Shown here: piece after piece, positions 41,484-54,585 of the stretch | Layout: each line of letters starts with the position of its first letter | How positions within the stretch are numbered: the stretch's first letter is position 1 | Assembly: GCA_951406725.2 (NCBI GenBank) | Contig: OX597816.1 | Coordinates: 141,670,001-141,734,000, forward strand | Length of the DNA: 64,000 nucleotides | Direction of reading: 5' to 3' | DNA from: Octopus vulgaris | Taxonomy: Eukaryota | Translations under genes and position numbers: made by a program | The notes under the pieces: model-generated | Seen by the model: the letters and a program-made list of their open reading frames with translations, nothing else | The model's database searches: none | What the model was told of the DNA's origin: nothing

Positions 41484-44400
41484 TTAAGTATGTACAGATT
41501 ACTAGATGACAACCCATAGAGAATGCTGTACAGAGTTAAATTAGAGGCTGTTGTTAAAAATTTTGTCTTTAAGGACTAAAATCTTAGTCCTGAACTGAAG
41601 AGAGGGGAATGAATAATTAATAAGATGGTTAGTGTCAATGGTGATGTGTGCTGCACATAAAAAAAAAGACAGAATGATGACAACTGGAATGCCTTTGACC
41701 ATAGATATGCCCAGTTAAGGCTAACCTGGGGTTAAACATTAAGAAAAAACAACATCTGTATATTTACTTTTGTTAATATTTGCCTTTTTAACTTTCATAC
41801 TCTGAGAATGGCTATAGGCATAATAAAGAGCTGTGTTAACTTCCTTTAAGCAAAGGAACTGTGAAACACTTCTTCTTTATACAAACTAGATACATGCCAA
41901 CAAGGGAGCCTCTACGTGGTCACACGAAATACAAGAAATAGCAGTCAAATCTTGCTCAAATCACATCTAATGATAATAGAAAAGGACACATGGGATGATG
42001 AAATCTAAAATACACAATATATGAAAAAAGATATATAAAGTAGGATGGTCATGTCTGGAATGTTTTTGATTGCAAGTCTGCTCAATCAGGATTGGCCCAA
42101 GGCTAAATAAACAACAACAACAACAGCAACTAATAAACAAACCATATAAACTGGCCATGAATATGAAAAGCTGAACCTTAAACAGGTTAATAGATTTTCT
42201 AGAAGTATTCAGCTTCCACTGATGTGATGTAAATAGCATTCACTTCAGTAATATAGAACAGACAACTAGCAGTGCAGTAAGATATAGCCATTTATTTTGC
42301 TAAACTCTTTTGCAAGAAGCAGCATGATTAACAGATACTTCCCTATAATTTATTACCATGTGGTGGTTAACTGAAATGTAGTAACGGGACATTATTTGAG
42401 CTGTCATATCATTATCTTCCTTACAGCTAGTATCTTACCATCCTTCTCATCAATCATTCAGTACCCATTTACCCATGAAAGTTGGGGTTAAATGAATCTG
42501 TAATATAGTACCCTGCATCATGTATCTCAGTCCTAAGGTATCTCATTTCATGCACACGCACGTGCACACACACACACACACACGCACATGCACACACACA
42601 CACACACGCACATGCACACACACACACACACAGAGTCCTTAATATAGTTTCATTTAATGTCATTTTGTTATGAGAAATAATAGAAGACAAAATACTTCCA
42701 AATAAAAATTCATAAAGTGTATGCCTTGTTTGAGTTCATATTTAGTTTTTTTTTTTCTTTTGTAAGGTATTGCAATGATGAATAACGACATAAATCATTC
42801 CACATTCTATATTCCATGATTATCATTTTTAAGATAGAGTGTTTGTATGTCTACTATCTGTTTCATAGGAATGTAATTTATTTAATTTAAGGTAAAAATA
42901 TTGCTTACAATTTAAAATAAGCAATGAAATGTAAAGAAGGAAATTGTACTTAACATGATCAGTTTTAGAAATAAATGAACTTAGAGAAGAAAATAACTGC
43001 TCTAGGCTGCCCAAGGTCATCAGAAGGGTTTTGAGCACTTGAAAGCTTATTAAATCATGTGGATATTTAAGGTCACAGGTAGTATTCCACTACCAACATA
43101 AATTCTACAAGAAATAAAACCAGTCCTGAGTCAAGTCAGAAAACAGCAACAACAACAACAACCATTATTATCAAACCCATCTCCCACCACCCCCACCACC
43201 ATCATTCATTCATTCATTCACTCATTCATTCATTCAAACCCTAACTCCCCTACAACTTCCAGCTAGCTATCTTAGCTTTGCAAAGCCAATTCATCTACAA
43301 TCTCTTACTCTATAAGTATTCTAATCTTCCTGGAGCACTTACCTATTCTTTTATAAGAGACAAGAATCTCTGCAACATCCTTATTAGAAGCACTCTGACA
43401 TAGCCATACACAACTTCTTTTTAAAAGTGTACTTACCTTAGGTGCTACACCTGTCCTAATCAATAAGGCCTTTATCATCATCATCCTCATCATTGTCATC
43501 ATCCTCATTTAACATCCACTTTACTATACATGCATGGTTCAGAAGGAATTTGTTAACGTAGATTTTCTACAGTTGGGTACCCTTCCTGTCACCAAACCTC
43601 ACCTGTTTCCAAGCAAGCTAATATTTTACATTTTTCACAGAAAGCATCAAAACGATGATGATGAATGCTAAGATGATGAGCATAAGAAACACCAAACAAC
43701 TAAACTGAATTTACACCAGGTATATACTGACACTTAATCAATTCGTTCAGTTTCTCTTGATCAATACCAATGATTGGTTCTGCCCTGTCATTAGCTATAC
43801 ATGAGCATAGTTAATTATAGTGCAGCGAATCGGTCTAAATTACAGCTGACCATTTCTGACACAGAATACCAATAGCAAGGTGGTTAAGTATATCATGAAT
43901 TCTCCTCACCCTTTTCACTTTCTTTTAATCCTTATTTAATAATCAGTTTAATGATATTTGTCACCCAAGGCAAAGTCTCCAACTTTCTCTAACTCTTCTT
44001 CATTGCTATCTTAATTTTCCTTGTTCTCAAGAGTTTTTCTGAATTACTGATTGCTTCATCAGCCTACCACTTCTGACTTCTTGATTGGACTTCAAAGTGG
44101 AAAGATCACCACTGCCCTGGGGTTTCACTTTTCAATTATTCCTTGATGTTTACCTTGAAGCAGGCATCATCTCATGTCAATTAATACCAGAACATTAGGG
44201 ATATTTAAGGTTTTAAAACTTCTTTCACACCATCTTAGCATATTTGAATATTTGACTCCTGTCATTAGCATTCTGTAATCAAGTCCATAACTAATCCAGG
44301 CAAGCAACCATAAAAAGAGATTCATTATTAAATAATTGAAAATTTTAAATTTAATATATTTTATTTCATTTAGAGATATTTGATTAAATATATTATAATT

Positions 44401-44969
44401 TGAATATCTTTAATGCTAAATTCTATTTTGTCTTTTGAGATTGACTGTCATGGCAATGAAGTTTCTTATTAATATTTACGAGTTTACCATACAGACACAC
44501 ACACATGCACACACACACATGCACATACACATGCACAACATATCTGTGTGTTTACTCACATAGCCTCTAACTTATTCATATGTGTAAGAACACACATGCA
44601 TACACATGAGATTATTTGTAAGAATAAACGTGTATCTATCAGTAAATGTATGCTTACACATGCACACACACACACAAAACATACATGTATGTATATGTTT
44701 ACAAATGCATATGCAAACAAACAGATATTTACATGGTTTTGAAAGCTTTACATCTACTTAAGTGGATCTAATGTTAACACAGCTACCATAGGTTCCTTTC
44801 AAAGAATATCAACAATATATATTTAGAGCATGCATTAAGTTTCATTCCATAGTGTACTTATTTTATCAACCCTGAAAGGATGAAAGGCAAAGAGGACCTT
44901 GGCAGAATTTGAACTCATAACATGAAGACAGACAAAATGCTGCCAAGCATTTTGCCCAGTGTGCTAACT

Positions 44970-45111
44970 ACTAGCGTACCTAGAGTGTGTGCTGCCCGGG
45001 GTGGCCCTCCCATTTGCTGCTCCCAGTCCCCACAAAAAACACATATTGCCAACAGCAATAGCTTAAAAGTGCCAGACAGGGCAGACCACCCCTACCCCTA
45101 GCTACACTAGT
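44970..45111. mobile_element. Small GC-rich MITE-like insertion
   Basis: actagcgtacctag ... ctagctacactagt imperfect inverted ends. Confidence 0.4.
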
Positions 45112-45727
45112 GCGAGAGTAATAAAAATCAAACATCCAGTCAAATCATGGTGTTAGGAGTGATCACTAACGATGGCGATGTTATGCTTTCATTCATCTTC
45201 CCACATGACATCAGACTCAACATGGAGGTCTACATCAAGTACCTGGAGGAGGCAATGCTGCTCTAGAACAAGAAGGTGGCTATTAGAAGATCCTATGTCT
45301 GGCAAACAGGACTCTACACCATACCATACAAGCAGGAGAACCCAGACATAGCTGTCAGACAATCTCTGTGACCACATCACCCCTAACATCTGGTCGCCTA
45401 ACTCCCCAGACTGCAAACCCCTTGATTATTATGTGTGTGGTGCAGTTGAGCGAGAGACCAACAAAACTCCTTGTAACACCAAAGATGAATTGAAAGCAAG
45501 GGTTAAGGCAGCATTCACCAACTTAAACAAGGAGACCATCCAAAAGAGTTACAGTAGATTTCAAAGTTGTCTGGAGGCTGTAGTTGAAACCAATGGTAAT
45601 TTTATTGAATAAATTTATTCTTTAGTATTTCAAGATATTTTTATGTAATTTTGGTAGATATATCTGTTTAAATGAGATGTCAGTGTTATTTGTGTAATTC
45701 AGACAACCATTTATTCACTGCACCCTG
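45112..45727 (+). mobile_element. DD37D (maT/Bmmar1-like) Tc1/mariner 3' half, decayed
   Basis: KHP..IMVLGVI...QDSTPYHTS...WSPNSPDCKPLDY...FIE*, with 37 residues between the 2nd and 3rd catalytic D; right end caccctg. Confidence 0.85.
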
Positions 45728-45781
45728 TGTGTGTGTGCATGTGTGTGAGTGTGTGTGTGCATGTGTGTATGTATGTGTGTC

Positions 45782-45905
45782 TGAGAGAGAGAGAGAGAGA
45801 GAAAGAGTGAGGGAGAGAGAGAAAGAGTGAGGGAGAGAGAGAAAGAGTGAGGGAGAGAGAGAAAGAGTGAGGGAGAGAGAGAAAGAGTGAGGGAGAGAGA
45901 GAAAG
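45782..45905. repeat. 20-bp purine tandem repeat (GGGAGAGAGAGAAAGAGTGA)n
   Basis: About five directly repeated units. Confidence 0.9.
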
Positions 45906-46587
45906 AAGGCACATGACTCAGTGGTTAGAGCACCAGGCTCACAATCATGTAGTAGTGAGATTGCACAATCATGCCTTGAACAAGACACTTTATTTCACAT
46001 TGCCCCAGTTCACTCGGCTGTAGAAATGAGTTGTGATGTCATTGGTGCCAAGTTGTATTGGTGTTTGCCTTTCTCTTGGATAACATCGTTGGCATGGAGA
46101 GAGGAGGCTGGTATGCATGGGTCTTCAATAAACAACCTTGCCCAGACTTGTGCCTCAGAGGGGAACCTTCTAGGTGCATCTCATGGTCATTCATGACCAA
46201 AGCCTTAATACTAATGCTCAAAATCACATATAGGTAATACACCAGTTGATTCTTTGGACATAAGTGTCCCTTAGATGGTTGTGATAGCCTCTAACTTAAA
46301 TCACCTACATATCACCATCATCATCATTATCGGAAAAGGAACGTTAAACGATGATGATGATGATGATATATAGGTGATTTAAGTTAGAGGCTATAACCAC
46401 TGTCTAAGGGACACTTATATCCAATGAATAAACTGGTGTATTACCTATTTGTGATTATGAGCATTAGTATTAATGCTCATAAATGAGAGGTAATCAGTTA
46501 ATCTATATTTAAGGAAAACAGAGAATGGAAATAAAATTGACAAATGATAATTGATGGTTCATCAATTTTATCTCCATTTTCTGTTTT

Positions 46588-46627
<40 letters not shown>

Positions 46628-46632
<5 letters not shown>

Positions 46633-46840
46633 ATCCAAACAAGAAAACACAAAAAAAAACAAAAAATACAACAACGCGAGGACGTGGAACAAATAAAGTA
46701 TTAATGAACGCTCAGGAAAGAAGGGAAGAAGGAGGGTTTAACATTTTGAGCGGAGCTCTTCGTCAGAAACATAGGAGAAGGACAGATCCCGAGAAGGGAA
46801 GACAGAGGAAAAAAATCGCCAGCGGTACTCACGAGGTCAC
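46628..46840 (-). mobile_element. Penelope-like pseudo-LTR in (TA)n with a decayed minimal hammerhead
   Basis: (TA)n on both sides; minus strand gttt CTGACGA a gagc tcc gctc AAAA tg tt aaac. Confidence 0.65.
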
Positions 46841-47484
46841 ATATATATATATATATGCATGTTTATTCATACACACATGCACACACACAAACACACATAT
46901 GTGTGTGTGTGTGTGCATGTATGTGCTTGTGCCTCCTCATCTTGAGATTGCATGATAGTTACAAACAAATGTTACCATCATACAGGCAATGTTGTTAATT
47001 TTCCAATCTTCCACAAAAACATGTCCGGTCATGGGAAATAAATGCAAGCTGACAACAAGAAGGGAAGGGCATCTGACCAGAGAAGATCAACCTCTGTGGA
47101 TTCTGTGCGACTCATGTAAGTATGGAAAAGTGAACGTTAAAAAGATGATGGCAATGTAGATGATGATGATGCTGACGTTGATGGTAATGGTGATGATGAT
47201 AATTATGGTGGTGTAATCTATGCTAGCAGATAGCTGTTATGTTATCAAATCACAGGCATTATCATTACCATAGCTATCATTAAAATGCATCAGGCAATCA
47301 TTAACTGACACGTTTAAAACAATATTACTTCCTTTAGAAAAGTTAGTCATAAATCTCACATTTATATTATAATTATTACCAACATTTTCTAATATAAATA
47401 TTCAGGATCCTGATACTGAATTAACAAATGTGTTGTTCTTTTACTGTATTATAATTATCTTTTATTTGTTTATTTATTTATTTT

Positions 47485-47701
47485 ACTCTTTTACTCTTTT
47501 ACTTGTTTCAGTCATTTTTGACTGTGGCCATGCTGGAGCACTGCCTTTAATCGAGCAACTCAACCCTGGGACTTATTCTTTTGTAAGCCCAGTACTTATT
47601 CTATCGGTCTCTTTTGCCGAACCGCTAAGTGACGGGGACATAAACACACCAGCATTGGTTGTCAAGCAATGCTAGGGGACAAACACAGACACACAAACAC
47701 A
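47485..47701 (-). mobile_element. SINE family A 3' half (5' half at 51410-51607), split by the RTE insertion
   Basis: The two halves are colinear with the intact copy at 56671-57062. Confidence 0.85.
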
Positions 47702-47877
47702 CATCATCATCATCATCATCATCGTTTAACGTCCGCTTTCCATGCTAGCATGGGTTGGACGGTTCAACTGGGGTCTGGGAAGCCCGAAGGCTGCACCAGG
47801 CCAGTCAGATGTGGCAGTGTTTCTACAGCTGGATGCCCTTCCTAACGCCAACCACTCCGAGAGTGTAGTGGGTGATT

Positions 47878-48340
47878 TTATGTGCCACCGACACAGGTGC
47901 CAGACGAGGCTGGCAGACGGCCACGCTCGGATGGTGTTTTTTATGTGCCACCGACACAGGTGCCAGACGAGGCTGGCAGACGGCCACGCTCGGATGGTGT
48001 TTTTTATGTGCCACCGACACAGGTGCCAGACGAGGCTGGCAGACGGCCATGCTCGGATGGTGTTTTTTATGTGCCACCGACACAGGTGCCAGACGAGGCT
48101 GGCAGACGGCCACGCTCGGATGGTGTTTTTTATGTGCCACCGACACAGGTGCCAGACGAGGCTGGCAGACGGCCACGCTCGGATGGTGTTTTCTTATGTG
48201 TCACCGACACAGGTGCTAGACGAGGCTGGCGGACGGCCATGCTCGGATGGTGTTTGTTACGTGCCCTCAGCACGGAGGCCAGTCATTGCGGTACTGGCTA
48301 CGGTCACGTTCGGATGGTTTTCTTTATGTGCCACCGGCAC
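47878..48340. repeat. 63-bp GC-rich tandem repeat in the RTE 3' UTR (5 near-identical plus ~2 diverged units)
   Basis: atgtgccaccg starts at 47880, 47943, 48006, 48069 and 48132. Confidence 0.95.
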
Positions 48341-48511
48341 TGGTACCACAAGGATACAAATTCCATTGATGTTCATCTATTTTGATTTGGTTCGATTTGA
48401 TACGATTCGATTCTCACTTGCCTCAACAGGTCTTCACAAGTGTCACAAGAAGGAAGGTATGCACAGGTGGACTGACTACGTCCCAGGTAGGGGCCACGGA
48501 TTATGGCTTCA

Positions 48512-51402
48512 CTAGTCTTGCCGGGTCTTCTCACGCACAGCATACTTCCATAGGTCTCGGTCTCTAGTCATTTCCATGGTGAGACCTAACGTCCGAAGGT
48601 CGTGCTTCACCACCTCGTCCCAGGTTTTCCTGGGTCTACCTCTTCCACGGGTTCCCTCAACTGCTAGGGATTGGCACTTTCTCACACACCTCTCTTCATC
48701 CATTCTCGCCACATGACCATACCAGCGCAATCGTCTCTCTTGCACACAACAACTGATGCTTCTTAGGTACAACATTTCTCTCAAGGTACTAACGCTCTGT
48801 CGAGTAAGTACACTGACATTACACATCCATCGGAGCATACTGGCTTCGTTCCTCACGAGCTTACGCATGTCCTCAGCAGTCACGGCCCATGTTTCACTGC
48901 CATGTAGCATAGCTGTTCGTACACATGCATCATACAGTCTGCCTTTTACTCTGAGCGAGAGGCCTTTAGTCACCAGCAGAGGTAAGAGCTCCCTAAACTT
49001 TGCCCAGGCTATTCTTATTCTAGCAGTTACACTTTCAGCGCACCCACCCCCACTACTGACTTGGTCACCTAGATAGCGGAAACTATCAACTACTTCTAGT
49101 TTTTCCCCCCGGAAAGTGACAGAAGTTGTTTTCTGCAGATTTTCGGAGGTCAGTGCTCCAGAGCACCTGCCACATACAAAAACTATCTTCCCAGTTAGCC
49201 TACCTTTGACATTGCTGCACCTCTTATGTGTCCATAGCTTACACTGGGTACATCTTATAGAGTTTCTACCTACACCTTTTCTACAGATCGAGCAGGGCCA
49301 TCTTCCTGATGATATTTGTGGGTTTTCTACCTTTCTACTTATTAGTACTTTGGTTTTAGCTAGGTTGACTCTAAGGCCCCTCGATTCTAAACCCTCCTTC
49401 CACACCTGGAACTTCTCCTCCAGTTCTGATAGTGACTCAGCGATTAGAGCGAGGTCGTCAGCATAGAGGAGCTCCCAGGGGCAACCTGTCTTGAATTCCT
49501 CCGTTATTGCCTGGAGGACTATGATAAATAGGAGGGGGCTGAGTACTGAACCCTGGTGGACCCCAACCTCTACTTTGAATTCTTCTGTGTACATGTTGCC
49601 AACTCTAACCTTACTTACGGCATCTCTGTACATGGCTTGCACAGCCCTCACCAGCCATTCATCTATCCCTAGTTTCCTCATTGACCACCAGATGAGGGAT
49701 CGGGGACCCTATCAAAGGCTTTCTCCATGTCAACAAAAGCCAGGTACAGGGGCTTATCCTTGGCTAGGTATTTCTCCTGCAGCTGCCTTACCAGGAATAT
49801 AGCATCAGTGGTGCTTTTCCCTGGGACAAACCCAAACTGCATCTCATCTAAACTAACTCTCTCTCTAATTAGTTGGGCTAAGACCCTCTCCGTAACCTTC
49901 ATTACCTGATCCAACAGCTTGATACCTCTGTAATTATTTGTATCCAGGGCATCACCTTTACCTTTGTAGCAGTTGACTAGTATGCTGCTACACCAGTCAT
50001 TGGGTATGACTCCTTCGTGTATCACCTGGTTGACTATACAGGTGACTAGGTTATAGCCGACACTGCCAGATATTTTGAGCATCTCTGCAGTAATTCCTGA
50101 TGGGCCTGGGGCTTTCCCTGTCTTCATGCTTCTAATTGCCTTAGCTACCACGGAACTATCAACTCGGATAGCTGGCCCCTCTGTTGGGTCAACATTTGGC
50201 AGACTCTCTTTATCCCATTCATTTTCTTTATTCAGCAAACTTTCATAGTGGCATCTCCAAACCTCTCTCTTTGCATCCTCATTTAGCGCAAGTGAACCAT
50301 CATCCATGCGAACACACTTCTCTCCTACCACATCACGATTCTCTCTCACACACTGTCTTGCAACACGAAATACCTCAAGTCTTTCATCCTCACGGCTCAG
50401 AACATTGGCAAATTTTTTCTTATCCGCTTCCCCTCTGGCTATATAAACCTGTCTCCTAGCTTCCCTTTTGGCTGTCTGATACAATTCCCTGCTACCACCG
50501 TTCTTCCAGTCCTTCCAAGCCTGTCTCTTTTGTCTAATAGCCCCGTCAACCACCGTGTTCCACCACCATGTTACTCTGGGTCGAGATGGTACTTTGCTCC
50601 ATCCACAGATCTGGTCAGTGGCTGTCAGCAGATTGTCCCGTAGGAATCTCCAGTTGTCTTCCACATTAAGTGAAGCTATATCCCCTTCTATTTCGTCAGA
50701 GGCTTCGAGTAGTATGTCTCTAAATCTCTGTGCATTTGCAGGATCTTTAAGCTTCCAGACCCTTCTCCTCCAAGCTGGTCTTCTTCTGGGCGACCATTTA
50801 GCTCTGATCCTGAAGTCGCTAACTACTAATCTATGTTGGGGAGTACATTCTTCGCCTGGGAAGGTTTTGGCATTTATAATCAGCCCTCTTTCCCTTTTTC
50901 TGGCAAGGATGTAGTCAATCTGGCTGGTGTGTCTGCCAGAACGGTAGGTGACTAGGTGAGAGGTGGGTTTCCTGAAGTGGGTATTGCAGACCATAAGGTC
51001 ATTTGCATCGCAGAACTCCAGCAGCCTGGTTCCCTCCTCATTTCGAGAGCCAAAACCGTGGCCTCCATGGATGCCATGGAAGCCCCTGACATGTCGTCCA
51101 ACATGTCCATTGAAATCACCTGCCACGAAGAGAAGGTCACTGTCATTTGTCAATGAGGTAGTCCGCAATAGGGTGTCATAGAATTGGTCTTTTTGTCCTT
51201 CCGGTAGCCCTGGTTGAGGGGCATATGCCGAGATGATGGTAGCTGTCCTATGGTGAAGAACTAATCTAATTTTAATTACTCTGTCACTTATTCTGACTAC
51301 CTCGATTACCTTACCTATCCATTTCTCCGCAAGAAGTATACCCACGCCCCCGACACCGTCAATGTTCCCTGCCCAGAAAATCTTGTACCTGTGTTCCTTG
51401 CC
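48512..51402 (-). pseudogene. RTE endonuclease/reverse transcriptase ORF, one frameshift near 49703, N-terminus missing
   Basis: ORFs 49678-51411 and 48512-49681 join as AFDRVP/RSLIWWSMRKLG if one base is restored in a C run; no internal stops. Confidence 0.93.
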
Positions 51403-51409
51403 CACACGC

Positions 51410-51442
<33 letters not shown>

Positions 51443-51727
51443 TACGACGGGCTTCTTTCAGTTTCCGTCTACCAAATCCACTCACAAGGCTTTGGTCAGC
51501 CCGAGGCTATAGTAGAAGATACTTACCCAAGGTGCCACGCAGTGGGACTGAACCCGGAACCATGTGGCTGGTAGACAAGCTACCTACCACACAGCCACTC
51601 CTGCGCCTATTTATTTATTTATTTTACTTGTTTCAGTCATCATTATAGACTGCAGCTATGCTGGGGCACTGCCTTGAAGAACTTTAGTCAAATGTATCAG
51701 CCCCAGTTCTTATATTTTTTTTAAGCC

Positions 51728-52038
51728 TGGTGGCACATAAAAAGCACCATCCGATTGTGGCCGTTGCCAGATCGTCTGGCCCCCGTGCCGGTGGCACGTA
51801 AAAAGCACCATCCGATCGTGGCCGTTTGCCAGCCTCGTCTGGCACCTGTGCAGGTGGCACATAAAAAGCACCCACTACACTCTCAGAGTGGTTGGTGTTA
51901 GGAAGGGCATCCAGCTGTAGAAACACTGCCAGATCAGACTGGGCCTGGCGCAGCCTTCTGGCTTCCCAGACCCCAGTTGAACCGTCCAACCCATACTAGC
52001 ATGGAAAGCGGACGTTAAACGATGATGATGATGATGAT
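51728..52038 (+). mobile_element. RTE 3'-UTR copy with about 2 repeat units and (GAT)n tail
   Basis: Reverse complement of 47702-48000 at high identity. Confidence 0.85.
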
Positions 52039-53091
52039 GGTGCTTATTCTTTCTCTGAACTGCTAAGTTAGGGGGACTTAAACACACCAGTTGTCAAGAA
52101 GTATTGGGGGAGAAACACATAAACAAAGACACACACACACACACAAACACGCACACACACACACACAGATATATATACGTGTATATATATAAATACGATG
52201 GGCTTCTTTGAGTTTCTGTCAACCAAATCCACTCACAAGGCTTTGGTCGGCCCAAGGCTATAGTAGAAAACACTTCTTGAAGGTGCCATGCAGTGGCACT
52301 GAACCCAGAACTATGTGGTTGGTAAGCAAGCTACTTACCACACAGCCACTCCTGCGTGATCTTCTTTCAGTTTCTGTCTACCAAATCAACACACAAAACT
52401 TTGGTTGGCCCAAGGCTGTAGTAGAAGACATTTGCCCAAGGTGTCATGCAGTGGAACTGAACTCAGAATCATGTGGTTAGGAAGCAAATTTCTTACAAAC
52501 ACAGTCATGTTATGCAACTCACATCTCTATGTCTTCTTTACTAGTCTTCTTTTATTTTAGCATTAACCCACTCCTAAAAATCATATACTTATTTATCACT
52601 CAATCAGCTGTTGTAGGTGGATGTCCAACATATAATTAAGTCATCAGTCAAATAATTAGATCTACAAACTCATTATTTTAGATATGCTATACCACTGTCT
52701 AGTGCTGACATACACTCTGCACACAAACATGAAGTGATATATTGTACAATTGACACTGTGGAAATCAGAGTATATTGTGCTAAGACTGTTCTTGTAAACC
52801 AATAGCTTCTGGTGGTGGTCACAGTAGAAACAGGTAGTAGAAATATAGTTAGAGTGCAGTAGTTGTTATTCTCTATAATTATCATTGATAGTATTCATCT
52901 CAGTATAAGCTAAAGTAAAATAAATAAGGTAAAAGTGCTGGTTCAACAAGTATTGAATTAATACTGCTGAAGTCTCAGTTCTCTTTTGTTGAACTGCAAA
53001 GTTATGGGGAGATAAACAAACCAACAAGGGTGGGGGACAAATACAAAGGCATACACATATATGTGTGTGTGTTTGTGTATGTATGTGTGTG

Positions 53092-53207
<116 letters not shown>

Positions 53208-53254
53208 TATATACGTACATATATGTGCATACATCTATACGTATATATGCATAT

Positions 53255-53830
53255 GTGGGTACAGGACATCATGAAAAATGTAGAACAAAAAAGTATGAAG
53301 CACGAGTACATGGAACATGAACTATTCTTTCGAACAATGAAAAACACAAATGGAAAACAAAGCAAACAACATAAAGACCGACCCTTCATCAGCTGTTGGC
53401 CGTTTTTCTAGTCTTGTATTTCGAGCATTTAACAACAATATACACTTTTGATAAAACAGTCACTCCCGCAAAGTAAATTAAATAAAATTTGGGATTTTGC
53501 AGAGGGTCAAAATAGGTAACACAAACAGGACAGTGAAAACAAACAGGAAGGGCTGCTAAGCCTAAATGAGGTTGTGGTGGCGAAAATGTAAATGAAGCTA
53601 CAATGGAGAGCAAGAAAGAAATTTGGCCGATGGTCATGTGAGAGCCACGTGAGCAAGGGAGGAAGAGTGAGGGAAAGAAAGTGACAGAGTAATAGGATAG
53701 AATAGTGGAAGAAGAGGAGGTTAAAGAATAAGAGAGAGGAAAAGAGAGAAAAACTAAAGAGTAAATAGATCATGTAGAGTGTGCATCAGAATTATTAAGA
53801 TAAAACTTACTTGGAAGAGGATGCGTAAGT
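53255..53830. mobile_element. Probable Penelope-like pseudo-LTR remnant
   Basis: Lies between (TA)n tracts; minus strand has isolated gctcGAAA and cagCTGATGAaggg motifs. Confidence 0.4.
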
Positions 53831-53849
53831 ATATATATATATATATATA

Positions 53850-54162
53850 TCACCATGATCACCGTGACCGACCAGTCTATCAGATGTTGCTACACATCGC
53901 TGGTCACAATGCGCTTCGCATTGTTTTAGCCTTCAAATGACGCCACCCCGCTGGCTAAGCGAGCAGGCCAATAGAAGAAAGAGTGAGAGAAAGTTGCGGC
54001 GAAAGACTACAGCAGGGATCGCCACCACCCACTGCCGGAGCCTCGTGGAGCTTTTAGGTGTTTTCACTGAATAAACACTCACAACGCCCAGTCTGGGAAT
54101 CGAAATCGCGATCCTACAACCGCAAGTCCGCTGCCCTAACCACTGGGCCATTGCGCCTCCAC
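53850..54162 (-). mobile_element. Young CpG-rich tRNA-derived SINE (family E head, distinct tail)
   Basis: gtggaggcgcaatggcccagtggttagggcagcggac head with a box B-like tttcgattccc. Confidence 0.8.
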
Positions 54163-54179
54163 ACATATATATATATGTA

Positions 54180-54585
54180 CTTCTTTTTTAACCTGTTCCA
54201 GTCATTTGACTGTGGCCATGCTGGGCCCTGCCTTAAAGAGTTTTAATCAAACAAATCAACCCCAGGATTTATATTTTTAAGCCTAGTACTCATTCTCTTG
54301 GTCTTTATTGTCAAACTGCTAAGTTACAGGGACATAAACATACCCACACCAGTTGTCAAGTGACAGTGGGAGACAAACAAACACACACACACAAATATAC
54401 ACACACACACACACACACACATACAAATACACACACACACACACACACAAACACACATGCATGAAAGGCTTCTTTCACTTTCCATCTACAAAATCCACTC
54501 AAAAGGCTTTGGTCAGCCAGAGGCTATAGCAGAAGACGCTTGCCCAAGGTGCTACACAGCGCGACTGAACCAGAAATCATGTGCA
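54180..54585 (-). mobile_element. tRNA-derived SINE, family A
   Basis: Homologous to 56671-57062. Confidence 0.8.

Larger units (their letters stand above)
47702..51402 (-). mobile_element. Young 5'-truncated RTE-clade LINE (APE + RT) with long 3' UTR and (GAT)n tail
   Basis: APE motifs (SAYAPQ, GDFNGHVG, SQIDYIL, HRLVV), RT motifs (QFGF, KAFDRVP, GVHQGSVLSP, YADD) and the RTE C-terminus RRLRWYGHVARM...RGRGRPRKTW. Confidence 0.95.

Noticed and set aside
47878-48340. CRISPR-like regular repeat
   Set aside because: Units are contiguous with no unique spacers, there are no cas genes, and the context is a eukaryotic LINE 3' UTR.
47742-48515. 257-aa and overlapping repeat ORFs as real proteins
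   Set aside because: They arise from a stop-free 63-bp unit antisense to a LINE UTR; no independent coding evidence.
51403-51411. ATG start of the 577-aa RTE ORF
   Set aside because: It comes from flanking microsatellite; the element is 5'-truncated within the endonuclease.
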